40,997 nucleotides of DNA from positions 1-40,997 of the forward strand of contig JAZQWU010000218.1 in NCBI GenBank assembly GCA_045632505.1, read 5' to 3'. The stretch comes from Alistipes sp. GTDB lineage: Bacteria; Bacteroidota; Bacteroidia; Bacteroidales; Rikenellaceae. Shown one piece after another: positions 8,771 to 17,461 of the stretch (position 1 is the first letter of the stretch; each line of letters opens with the position of its first letter). A program made the translations under genes and the position numbers. The notes below the pieces were generated by a model. The model did no database searches. It saw nothing but the letters and a program-made list of their open reading frames with translations, and was not told where the DNA came from.

Positions 8771-10015
8771 ATGATGAAAATTGTAAACTACATATTGATG
8801 ATGACACTTGCTATTGCAACTCTTTGCGGTTGTGATGCGAATGTTGGTTTGGGCGATAGCGGTGGTGACGAGATTATTCCGATGGTCCCAAGCAACAATG
8901 ACTATATATTCTTCAATACCGAGAAGATTTCATCGCGAGGAGAGTTGCTTAAAGGTTCCTTGACTAATGACTTTGGTGTGTTGGGATATAAGTACCCATC
9001 AACAACTAGTTGGGGAAATATCAAGGTGCAGGCTTCGCAAAATTTGTATGGTTTGTTTGATGAAAACGACGGAAGACTGACGGTTAAATATGAAAATGGT
9101 GTGCACAGCTATACCGACAATGGTAAACTCACTCCTTGGGATATTAACTCTTCGTATACATTCTACGCTTGGTATCCGTATGATTTGAGTGTAAATGGAG
9201 GCAATGTTGCTACATATGAGGGAACGCCCTACATTACTTATGAAATTTCAGACGATATTGCGAAAATGGTTGATGTCTTGACCGCGAGTAACATCGATAC
9301 TAATAAGCAGGCGTCGCAGACTGGAGTCGTTTTGCAGATGAAGCATCGTTTGTCGGCCTTTGATATCAGAGCGAAGAGTAGTGTGGATGTGAAAGCTCTT
9401 AAAGAAGTATATGTACCTGAATTTATCGGTGAGAATAAAAACCCTAACTATGACGCAGAGCTTGCGGCAAAAATTGAGGCTCTTGATGGTTCATATCCTG
9501 TGACAATTAAGATTACAAAGTTGCAACTTACGCTCAACAACCTTGCATATAGTTCGGTCGATATACCGCTCAATGATGATGATGAGGCAGAAAAGATGGT
9601 TGGTACTTTGAGAAGCGATAATGTCAAGAATTTCGTGTTGGATAACTACTTAGTTGAAAATATGTCTATTCCGTACTATTATACGGAGGATGATATGATC
9701 GATGTACTCAAATCTAATTCGAAGATGGTGTTTATTCCGCAAGGTGTTGATAGTGGAGTTGTACACACAAGTGGCAATTCAAAGGTGCCATATACAGAGG
9801 CTATTACAGCAAAAATTGTTGTCTCATACGAAATTTGGTATAGTGCTGCCGAGAAAATTAGTTGCAACTATACCGTTGATGATATCAAGATTGGATCGCT
9901 CGATGATAAGTTGTATCATTATATGCTGATGTCGTTCACAAAGTCGGGATTGTATTGCGATATTTTCCGTTCCGCTATTTGGGAGGAGAAGGATATTAAG
10001 TACGAATTTGAATAA
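8771..10015 (+). CDS. Fimbrillin-family lipoprotein (minor pilin)
   Basis: Lipobox LCGC, SSRG site, FGVLGY, FYAWYPY, DVLTA, MKHRLS, terminal W....I.YEFE. Confidence 0.8.
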   Translation: MMKIVNYILMMTLAIATLCGCDANVGLGDSGGDEIIPMVPSNNDYIFFNTEKISSRGELLKGSLTNDFGVLGYKYPSTTSWGNIKVQASQNLYGLFDENDGRLTVKYENGVHSYTDNGKLTPWDINSSYTFYAWYPYDLSVNGGNVATYEGTPYITYEISDDIAKMVDVLTASNIDTNKQASQTGVVLQMKHRLSAFDIRAKSSVDVKALKEVYVPEFIGENKNPNYDAELAAKIEALDGSYPVTIKITKLQLTLNNLAYSSVDIPLNDDDEAEKMVGTLRSDNVKNFVLDNYLVENMSIPYYYTEDDMIDVLKSNSKMVFIPQGVDSGVVHTSGNSKVPYTEAITAKIVVSYEIWYSAAEKISCNYTVDDIKIGSLDDKLYHYMLMSFTKSGLYCDIFRSAIWEEKDIKYEFE

Positions 10016-12762
10016 TGAAAGGAGTTTGTAGGATGAGAAGGTTTGTAAAATATATAGCAGTTGTTGTGGCGATGTTCGTTGTCAACGCTTGCACCATTGC
10101 CGACATCGACACTCCGGTCAAGGGCGGAGTATCGCAAAGTGCGAACTCGGTTCAGCTTATCAGCCGAGTTGCTCCGTTCACCGACTACGATGTTGCTACT
10201 CGAGCAACAAAGACTCCAGAGGAGACATACGTTTCGCAGTTGGAATATATTATTTTCGACGCAAATAATACCTGCGTATTCTATCAACACGTCGATGGTA
10301 ACGAGTCTGTTGCAATTGACCGAGAGAGTGAGTGGGGTGCTGAATATAAGAACAACGATGCTCTCAAGTCGTGTACTATCTTTGTGATTGCCAACTATCC
10401 CGAGATTTACGAGAAAATATGTGCGAAGGGTTGGGAGAATAACTCTGCGAAGGGTAAGACATACGCGGAGTTGTCGTCACTTGGACTTAAAACAAGCGTT
10501 AATGGCATCTACATTGACCCGACACTCGGTTTGCCGATGTATGGACAGTATGTTGCCAATAATGGTTCGACTACTGTTGATTTCACAGCGGATATCGCAT
10601 CGGGTACAAGTTTTGTAACAACATTGACCTCGCTCTACTCCAAGATTGTGTTCAATATTGGTATCACTGCTGACCAGACAATGCCCAATTATCCTATGTT
10701 TGAGATTGAGGGCTTCGACGTTTATGGTTTGCCTAAAACTGTGGACTTGACATCTGGTACCGAGGGTTCTACAAACGATATGGTCGAAGTGTGGAAAGAT
10801 GAAGATGAGTTAAAAGCATTTGCCGGCGAGTTGGCTGGTAATACAACTACAATTCACGGAGGCGGTAATACCATTCCATTCTCGTTCTATCTTCCTGAGC
10901 GATTCCTCGTACCTAACACAAAGGCTTCTGAATATGCGTATCCGTTCAAGAAAGATTCGTATGAGGGCCAAGTTGTAGATAAAAACGGGAATGGTATTCG
11001 TGACGAGGATGAGAGGTATATGCAGCGCTACAAGCCTTGCTTGGTCGAGGGCCAAGATGCTACCTTTGTTCGCTTCTATGGTACTTATACCGACCATCAG
11101 GGTATGACATACAATGTGTCGTATGATATATTCATTGGTAATGACAATTATAGCAATTTCGACGTTGTGCGAAATCGTCAGTACAACAATTCGGTTACCA
11201 TTCGAGGTCTTGCTACCTCGAGCGATCAGACCACAAGTGAAGAGTCTATCTCTATTGATCATCGTGTTAACGTTGAGAGAACTTTGCCAGGTATAGTTAA
11301 CCTTCGTCGTGAGACATTGTTGGACTCGCACTTCGAGGTGCGCCCATTGCGTATTCGCAAGAATGAAAATCACAAAAGCGTAGGTCAGTCGGCTACTCAC
11401 GCAAGAGTTTCCATTACCGATAATAATTCTTCGCCTATGGTGCGATTGGAGTACAAGGACATTGATGGTGGTAATACAGCTCGTTATCTAAGTAATGGCA
11501 AGCGCAAATATTTCACTTCTGGTCTCGTGTCTGGAAATGAAGATGGTACTTTGAATGGTAGCACTTCGTGTGTGGTAGAACTCTCAGAAGTGAATCAGAC
11601 CATTTGGCTCTATGTGGATGAATGTCTCGAGTATGGTGATGGTATCCGTACAGCGATCGTCACAGTCGAGTATGGTTCAGGCACAGGTGCAAATTTCAAA
11701 CGTGCAGCGGATTGTGATCCCATAGAGTACGAAATTAAGCAACGTAAGCTATTTGAGGTCTTTTACGACGAGAACAATGATAATACTCAGCAGAGTTCCG
11801 AGCGTAAGTATTATATAGAGTACCACGAGGAGTACCTTTACAACTACGACGCTGAGGATAGCTTCAACCAAACTGAGCAAGAGGGTATGGCGTGGGGCTT
11901 GAATGGTTCACAATTGTCATTTGACCATCAGTCTATTGCGTTCAATGATGGATTGCAAAACTGGCTAACATCTGGAGCTCGCCCGTATTATGATTTTTAC
12001 ATCACAAAGCACGATAAAAACGACGCAGAAACATCAAAAGGAACTTTGCACGATCATACTGGTTTTGAATTCTGTGATGAGATTATTACAGACGTAAATA
12101 CTAATACCAGTGAAAGAGATGGTGCAAATAATACAGCAAACGATATAAAGGTATTAAACCTTAACGATAAGCCAAAGTCAGCAGTAGAGTATTGTTATAA
12201 TAAGAATAAGCGAAATAGTAAGGGAGAAGTACAAGATGTTGTATGGTATCTCCCTTCTGTTGACGAGATTGAGGATGTCATAATGAGTTCGTATAAACGA
12301 AGCGATACATCTGATATAGAGGGTGTTTACTTACTATTCAAAGACTTTCAGAATAAGTTCTATTGGTCTTGTCAACCTGCATATATTCGAAACTTTACTT
12401 ACTACCAGGGTATTTCTAATAGCCGAGATAGCTGGGGGCCTGTTTATATTGATAACGTCAACTATGCAAGAGCTACTAAAGTGGACTATAAAGTTGTGAG
12501 GGTTGAGAATGGAGTTTCGGTATATGACTATGTATATGCATATAGCGGAATAGAGCCTGGGGCTTATTATAATGGTACTTGGTTTAAGTGGGGCGGTATT
12601 CTTGGAACAAATACATATACACCAGCAGATGGAACAGTTACTTTTGATAATAGAAGCGATGTTACCATAACATTTAAAGAGGTGTCAGCAACTAAGCAAG
12701 AGGGTTATCTCCATCGTACAAACGATATGGCTCGTATCCGTTGCGTGCGAAAGATGAATTAG
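10015..12762 (+). CDS. Large pilin-like lipoprotein with a C-terminal C-type-lectin-fold-like domain (probable tip adhesin)
   Basis: Lipobox VNAC, ATRA site, FVIANY, LPMYG, SFYLPE, NFDVVRN, DSHFEVRP. C-terminal WYLPSVDEI...YWS...RIRCVRK motif set. TAATG overlap with the upstream gene. Confidence 0.7.
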   Translation: MKGVCRMRRFVKYIAVVVAMFVVNACTIADIDTPVKGGVSQSANSVQLISRVAPFTDYDVATRATKTPEETYVSQLEYIIFDANNTCVFYQHVDGNESVAIDRESEWGAEYKNNDALKSCTIFVIANYPEIYEKICAKGWENNSAKGKTYAELSSLGLKTSVNGIYIDPTLGLPMYGQYVANNGSTTVDFTADIASGTSFVTTLTSLYSKIVFNIGITADQTMPNYPMFEIEGFDVYGLPKTVDLTSGTEGSTNDMVEVWKDEDELKAFAGELAGNTTTIHGGGNTIPFSFYLPERFLVPNTKASEYAYPFKKDSYEGQVVDKNGNGIRDEDERYMQRYKPCLVEGQDATFVRFYGTYTDHQGMTYNVSYDIFIGNDNYSNFDVVRNRQYNNSVTIRGLATSSDQTTSEESISIDHRVNVERTLPGIVNLRRETLLDSHFEVRPLRIRKNENHKSVGQSATHARVSITDNNSSPMVRLEYKDIDGGNTARYLSNGKRKYFTSGLVSGNEDGTLNGSTSCVVELSEVNQTIWLYVDECLEYGDGIRTAIVTVEYGSGTGANFKRAADCDPIEYEIKQRKLFEVFYDENNDNTQQSSERKYYIEYHEEYLYNYDAEDSFNQTEQEGMAWGLNGSQLSFDHQSIAFNDGLQNWLTSGARPYYDFYITKHDKNDAETSKGTLHDHTGFEFCDEIITDVNTNTSERDGANNTANDIKVLNLNDKPKSAVEYCYNKNKRNSKGEVQDVVWYLPSVDEIEDVIMSSYKRSDTSDIEGVYLLFKDFQNKFYWSCQPAYIRNFTYYQGISNSRDSWGPVYIDNVNYARATKVDYKVVRVENGVSVYDYVYAYSGIEPGAYYNGTWFKWGGILGTNTYTPADGTVTFDNRSDVTITFKEVSATKQEGYLHRTNDMARIRCVRKMN

Positions 12763-12780
12763 TGGATGACAAACAAATAT

Positions 12781-12820
12781 CAAGCCCGCCTAACCGTTGA
12801 GTTAGGCGGGCTTGTGTTTT
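12781..12820. terminator. Intrinsic terminator between convergent genes
   Basis: Perfect 14-bp stem CAAGCCCGCCTAAC/GTTAGGCGGGCTTG followed by TGTTTT. Confidence 0.85.
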
Positions 12821-12833
12821 CAGTAGTGGTCAA

Positions 12834-14606
12834 CTACGCGTTGTGGTCGGGGTGCAACTCGTTGAGGATGCTGACCAAGCGCTGGATGGTGCGGCCCTTG
12901 CTTGGTGAGTTTACCTCGCACTGCTTGTTGACAATAGGTGCAATCCAGTTGCGGTATGAACCAGGGATGTGCATAATCTTGCCTTTCACCTGTGCATCCT
13001 TTGGTGCCATAGTGTGACCGCCAGTGTAGAGTGCCAAGGTGCGGTTGGCCTGTGACGGATTGATGTCCGACACATCGCGCACATAGCAGTAGTCCTTGCC
13101 GTCAAGGTTGTAGAAGACCGCCAAGAGGTCGTTGCGGTCTACACACTTGATAGAGACGCTCTGGTCCTCAATCCAAGGGGCGTTGCTCTGCTGGGCAATC
13201 ATTCGCTTGCCGTACCAGTCGTTCTTGCCCTTGGCAAAATCAATCTTGTTCACCTTGCACGCGTTGTCGTACATAAGCAAGAGGACCTGGTCCTCGTTCT
13301 TGTGGTACTGTTTCAACTTGAAGTCGCAGAGCTTGTTCGCACGACAAGTCTTGACCTTGCTGTTTGGCTTGCTCAAGGTGTAGTGACCATCGTCGAAGAG
13401 CTGGAGGTACAACCAGTCATTCATATTGCGCTCCTCGTCAATCGCTGCAAGGTTTGCAATCTTAACCTCGTCAGCAGTTGCATTCTCCTCGGTGTCGACA
13501 TCGAGGACCTCGGTGTCGTAGCCGAGTTTGTTGTCAATGAACTCGCCAAAGGCGTTACCACGCAAGCGCTCAATCACAAACATTGTCAATGTATCGCCCG
13601 AGAGCAATGCAGTCTCGCTGCACTGACGGCGGAACAACTGGGTGTTGTTCACGTAGATAGGTTTGCTCGAACGGCTGATGTCGATGCGACCTACAACCTT
13701 GCCTTCGCGCTCCTCCTTTACAATCTTAATCAAGTTTGGTGCGTATGGACCCAAGTACTCTCTTACAGAGTCGGTCACCTTGCGCGACCAACCGTCCCAG
13801 TTTGCTGGGTAGGTGTAGCCGTTGCCCTCGCTCAACTTGTCGAGGTCGTTGTGGATGCCGTGCACCGAACCATCGTCGTTGACGCCGATGAACAACTGGC
13901 CACCCTCGTGGTTCATAAAGCCTGCGATAGAACGCATAATGTTGTAGACCTGACGGCTAACCTGAGCCTCCTTTGACTGTGGGTGGAATACCAATGACTG
14001 CTTGAACTCAACAGTGCTGGACTCCTCGCCGTAGTTGAACTTAGAGGTGGTCTGGCGTGGTTTAGTCACTACGGGCACCTCCTCCTCGCGAGTAGTGAAG
14101 GCGCAGATGTACTGGTTGATTTGGTTGCCTCGCAATGGTTTGCGGAATTTCAAGTAGCTCAAGCCCTTAGCATTGGTCTCGATAGAGTCCACGAAGAGGG
14201 TAATCTGATCACCCGCGTTGTAGTTGCTCAATGAGTCGTCGTTCAGAATTGGGAAATAGTGAACCACGCCAAAGCTGTCCTTTAGTGAAAGACCATCCTG
14301 GAGCAAGCGTACAACATTAAAGCTGAATTTCTTAGGAAGGTTCTCATCTCCGTAGAGTGAGTCAATGAGCCAGTTCTTGCTGAAGTACAAGGTTGGAAGA
14401 CCGCTAAAGCAATCAATCTCTTTGACAATAACGTCAATAGTGCTCGGAAGTTGAGCGTCTGGTTGTGCCAAGAAATCAAACGCACGAACTCGCATCTGTC
14501 GTCCGTTTACCTCCTCCTTGAAATAGATGAACTTGCGTCCATCCTGTGTCTCGTTAATGCAATCAACTGTCAATGTGTAAGTCTTGCCTGCCTCAATCTG
14601 CTTCAT
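12834..14606 (-). CDS. Schlafen/AlbA_2-domain protein with N-terminal S1/OB-like repeats and an uncharacterised C-terminal domain
   Basis: EESSTVEFKQS...IAGFMNHEGGQLFIGVNDDGSVHGI is the AlbA_2 core. N-terminal GKTYTLTV and GDQITLFV segments are S1-like. Confidence 0.8.
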   Translation of the reverse strand: MKQIEAGKTYTLTVDCINETQDGRKFIYFKEEVNGRQMRVRAFDFLAQPDAQLPSTIDVIVKEIDCFSGLPTLYFSKNWLIDSLYGDENLPKKFSFNVVRLLQDGLSLKDSFGVVHYFPILNDDSLSNYNAGDQITLFVDSIETNAKGLSYLKFRKPLRGNQINQYICAFTTREEEVPVVTKPRQTTSKFNYGEESSTVEFKQSLVFHPQSKEAQVSRQVYNIMRSIAGFMNHEGGQLFIGVNDDGSVHGIHNDLDKLSEGNGYTYPANWDGWSRKVTDSVREYLGPYAPNLIKIVKEEREGKVVGRIDISRSSKPIYVNNTQLFRRQCSETALLSGDTLTMFVIERLRGNAFGEFIDNKLGYDTEVLDVDTEENATADEVKIANLAAIDEERNMNDWLYLQLFDDGHYTLSKPNSKVKTCRANKLCDFKLKQYHKNEDQVLLLMYDNACKVNKIDFAKGKNDWYGKRMIAQQSNAPWIEDQSVSIKCVDRNDLLAVFYNLDGKDYCYVRDVSDINPSQANRTLALYTGGHTMAPKDAQVKGKIMHIPGSYRNWIAPIVNKQCEVNSPSKGRTIQRLVSILNELHPDHNA

Positions 14607-14679
14607 AGTTTTAAATTTTTTAAATGTTTGATAATTAATTAGTTATTGTTTAAAATAGTTTTCTTTCGTATTGCTGATG

Positions 14680-14727
14680 CAAAGATATGTCAAAGATTTT
14701 TCTTAAAACTTTTTGTTATAGGTATAA
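14680..14727 (-). promoter_or_regulatory. Promoter (-7 TATCTTTG) with upstream palindromic box TTATA-N2-TATAA
   Basis: On the + strand, CAAAGATA at 14680-14687 and TTATAGGTATAA at 14716-14727. Confidence 0.6.
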
Positions 14728-14815
14728 AAAAAGACCACCCTATTTTTCGTCGAAATTTTACCGCAGAGGAGGCGAAAATCCCCCTCTACGGGAGGCGGAA
14801 AAACCGACGCGCGAC

Positions 14816-16585
14816 CTAAAATCCAATCGGTTTGCGGGCGGTCGCCTGCTTGTTTATCAGCTCGTGCTTGCAGAATTCGTCAATCTCGTTGAAGCCAATC
14901 TGCTTGCCCGACAGGATATACTCGATGGTGCGCTGTCGTGCGATATTCTCAATCTGTCCGCCCGAGAAGTTGTAGCGCGCTGCAAGTTTGTGCGCCTCCT
15001 CCATTGTTATGCTATTGCCAAGCATACTGCTCCACAACTTCGCTCTAACCTCGTTGTTTGGGTTGTGGAACTCAATCTTGAAGAGGAAACGTCGCTCGAA
15101 TGCCGAGTCGAGGTTGCAAGTGAGGTTTGTGGTGGCAATGAGGATGCCCTCCAAATCCTCCATCTCCTGCAAGATGATATTCTGTATGGCGTTGTCCATT
15201 TTCTCGACCGAAGGGTTGGTACCGCCGATGGCAGTGCGCTTGCCAAAGATGGCATCTGCCTCGTTGAAGAGGAGGATTGGCATCACCTCGCTCTGCTTGC
15301 ATACGCTCTTGTAGCGCGCAAAGACCGCTTTGATGTTCTTTTCGCTCTCGCCTACATATTTATCGCGCATACCCGCGATGTCAATCTGCATAATGTCGCG
15401 GCCCGTTTGGCGAGCAATCTGCAAGACGGTCTCGGTCTTGCCCGTACCCGGAGTGCCGAAGAAGAGACACGCCACACCTTGTCGCATACCCTCGTTGCTC
15501 AGGCGCTCCTGAATGCCCGGCAGACTCTCCTGACTCAGAAGAGAGGTGAGTCGCTCTATCTGCTGTTGCTCCTCCGCGTTGTAGAACATATTCTTAGCTT
15601 TAATGGTTTCGTGGCTCTTTAGGTGACGCTTGCCGTTGTTGCGCGAAGGGCAATTTTTTCTGCTCGGAACGTAGTCTGCCAACAACTCCTCCTTGCACTT
15701 TCGTGTGAGCGAATATCGCTCGGTATCTGCTACGCCATCCTCGCATTTGTGCTCGATATATCCGTCTATTATAAGTCGGTGCTCTCCGTCGATGAGTTGT
15801 CGGTGTCGGATGTTTGAATCGCAATCATTGGGGTACCAGTGGTTGATAGAGGAGAGGCATAGTCCCTCTTTCTCGGATTCTGCCCATTGCGCGTAGTCGT
15901 AAATAACCAACAGCAACAATGATTGTGTGTGGATGTCATCCTTGTACTGCTCCACAACCTGGCATAATGGCAACTGCGGATTTGCCTTGCAAAGTTGCAT
16001 CATCCAACTCTCCACCGCATCGAATGGGGTGTTGTTGCCATCGAGGTTGTTATCGAGGTGCGCCTCCAATTTGCCTACGAAATCTTGTATATCCAAACAA
16101 TCAAGCCTCTCTGGTACGAAGACCGTGTTTCGGCGTAGTGCAGTTACCACGCCGCGAACAAGGGCGAAACCCTCGTAGCAAGAGCCCATCTGCCAAGTGC
16201 CACGACGCACCACCCAGCGTTTCTCCAGCAAACCATCCATCTCCTCGGAGTGAACCATAACAGAGATTCTTGAGCAATTCAAGAATTGACCTATGTCGCG
16301 CCACGACATAGCCTCGCCCGACTCGATGAGGATGGCGATGAAGACCACTTGTATGTCAGAGAGTCCAAGCTCCTTGGTTAGGTATGCGATGGGGCTCTTG
16401 ACTGCTTTCCAAAACTTTGCGCAAAGTCGTGAGTCCTCGGCTTTGCTGAGAACTCTGTCGAGAGCAGAGATGATGGTCCATTCGGCTGGCTCCTGGTAGT
16501 TGTCTTCCTCCTCGTGTATAGACATAGTATCGTCAATGTTGAAGTGGAGGTCTGTGTCAGTGTGGCGGTTTCTGAAGTTTTTCAT
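14816..16585 (-). CDS. AAA+ family ATPase with a long N-terminal region
   Basis: Walker A GTPGTGKT, Walker B variant ILLFNEAD, sensor-1 IATTN, SRH LDSAFERRF, terminal KPIGF. ATG 16585 preferred over TTG 16591. Confidence 0.85.
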   Translation of the reverse strand: MKNFRNRHTDTDLHFNIDDTMSIHEEEDNYQEPAEWTIISALDRVLSKAEDSRLCAKFWKAVKSPIAYLTKELGLSDIQVVFIAILIESGEAMSWRDIGQFLNCSRISVMVHSEEMDGLLEKRWVVRRGTWQMGSCYEGFALVRGVVTALRRNTVFVPERLDCLDIQDFVGKLEAHLDNNLDGNNTPFDAVESWMMQLCKANPQLPLCQVVEQYKDDIHTQSLLLLVIYDYAQWAESEKEGLCLSSINHWYPNDCDSNIRHRQLIDGEHRLIIDGYIEHKCEDGVADTERYSLTRKCKEELLADYVPSRKNCPSRNNGKRHLKSHETIKAKNMFYNAEEQQQIERLTSLLSQESLPGIQERLSNEGMRQGVACLFFGTPGTGKTETVLQIARQTGRDIMQIDIAGMRDKYVGESEKNIKAVFARYKSVCKQSEVMPILLFNEADAIFGKRTAIGGTNPSVEKMDNAIQNIILQEMEDLEGILIATTNLTCNLDSAFERRFLFKIEFHNPNNEVRAKLWSSMLGNSITMEEAHKLAARYNFSGGQIENIARQRTIEYILSGKQIGFNEIDEFCKHELINKQATARKPIGF

Positions 16586-16633
16586 AGTCAAGAATTTTTT
16601 GGTTCGCTAATGTTTACTCAATGATTTCGACTG

Positions 16634-16681
16634 CAAATTTAAAGTGCATATTTTTCATAAAACGGTTTATTATAGGTATAA
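16634..16681 (-). promoter_or_regulatory. Promoter (-7 TAAATTTG) with upstream palindromic box TTATA-N2-TATAA
   Basis: On the + strand, CAAATTTA at 16634-16641 and TTATAGGTATAA at 16670-16681. Spacing matches 14680-14727. Confidence 0.6.
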
Positions 16682-16870
16682 AAAAAGAGGTGTAAAAAGT
16701 CTAATAAAAAGTGCGCGCATTCTCGCGCGTTGCGTGGGTAGAGAGGGTGGAAAAAGTTGAAATTTTTTTGGGGTGGCAATTGTTTTAGAATGAGAGAGTT
16801 GGTGGGTTGGATGGGTAGAGAGGATAGAAAATTTTTGGCAAAAGACTTGACAAACCCTATTTTCGAGTTA

Positions 16871-16901
16871 TATATTTGCACCGTCAATCGACGTCAATCG
16901 A
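16871..16901 (+). promoter_or_regulatory. Host-type promoter of the phage-like operon with a tandem 10-bp direct repeat at the start site
   Basis: TATATTTG at 16871-16878 matches the Bacteroidota -7 consensus. CGTCAATCGA occurs twice at 16882-16901. Confidence 0.6.
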
Positions 16902-17038
16902 CACCTGGTTTTCAACACACACTTCTCTGTTGTTAAAAACCTTTTCAACATCACAACAAGCTGACTGCTCGGGACATTTCTGATGTTTTCGACAGCCACG
17001 AACAACCTTTTAACAAACTTACTAACATTTTACAACCT

Positions 17039-17443
17039 ATGAATCGCACCCTTTTATGCCGTGCGATAGAGGGGTTGGTGTCGAGGTGCGGCTACCATTT
17101 TCAGGTGAATGACGAGGCGTACTATCCAACCACCGTCTGTCGCTATCCTGCCGCCTTTATGTCTCAACCGAAATTCGTGAGGATTGAGGGGCGCAATCAC
17201 GGCCGAATAACCTACAACATCACCTTACGTTTTGCTTGCCAGGGGGCTAAACTCGCTCCGCAAGAGCGCCGCTCGGCACTCGAAGAGATGGAGCAGCAGA
17301 TTATCGAAATCTTCGTCGAACTCTCGCGTGATAAGCAGATTGCCGTAGTCGACAACTTGACCATTGCCCCAAGTGCCGAGGCGATTGATACTCACGGCGC
17401 ACTTGCAATGGTGGCGCAGGCCGATGTAACAACAATTTTCTAA
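17039..17443 (+). CDS. Phage-like hypothetical protein, possibly tail completion/terminator
   Basis: 134 aa. The YPAAF motif, then beta-strand (YNITLRF), helix and terminal strand pattern recall tail terminators. Context supports this. Confidence 0.4.
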   Translation: MNRTLLCRAIEGLVSRCGYHFQVNDEAYYPTTVCRYPAAFMSQPKFVRIEGRNHGRITYNITLRFACQGAKLAPQERRSALEEMEQQIIEIFVELSRDKQIAVVDNLTIAPSAEAIDTHGALAMVAQADVTTIF

Positions 17444-17461
17444 CCCTAAAACTTTCCAGAA

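Noticed and set aside
14816-16585. AAA+ ATPase as the missing terminase
   Set aside because: It has classical AAA+ sensor-1/SRH motifs and no terminase nuclease domain.
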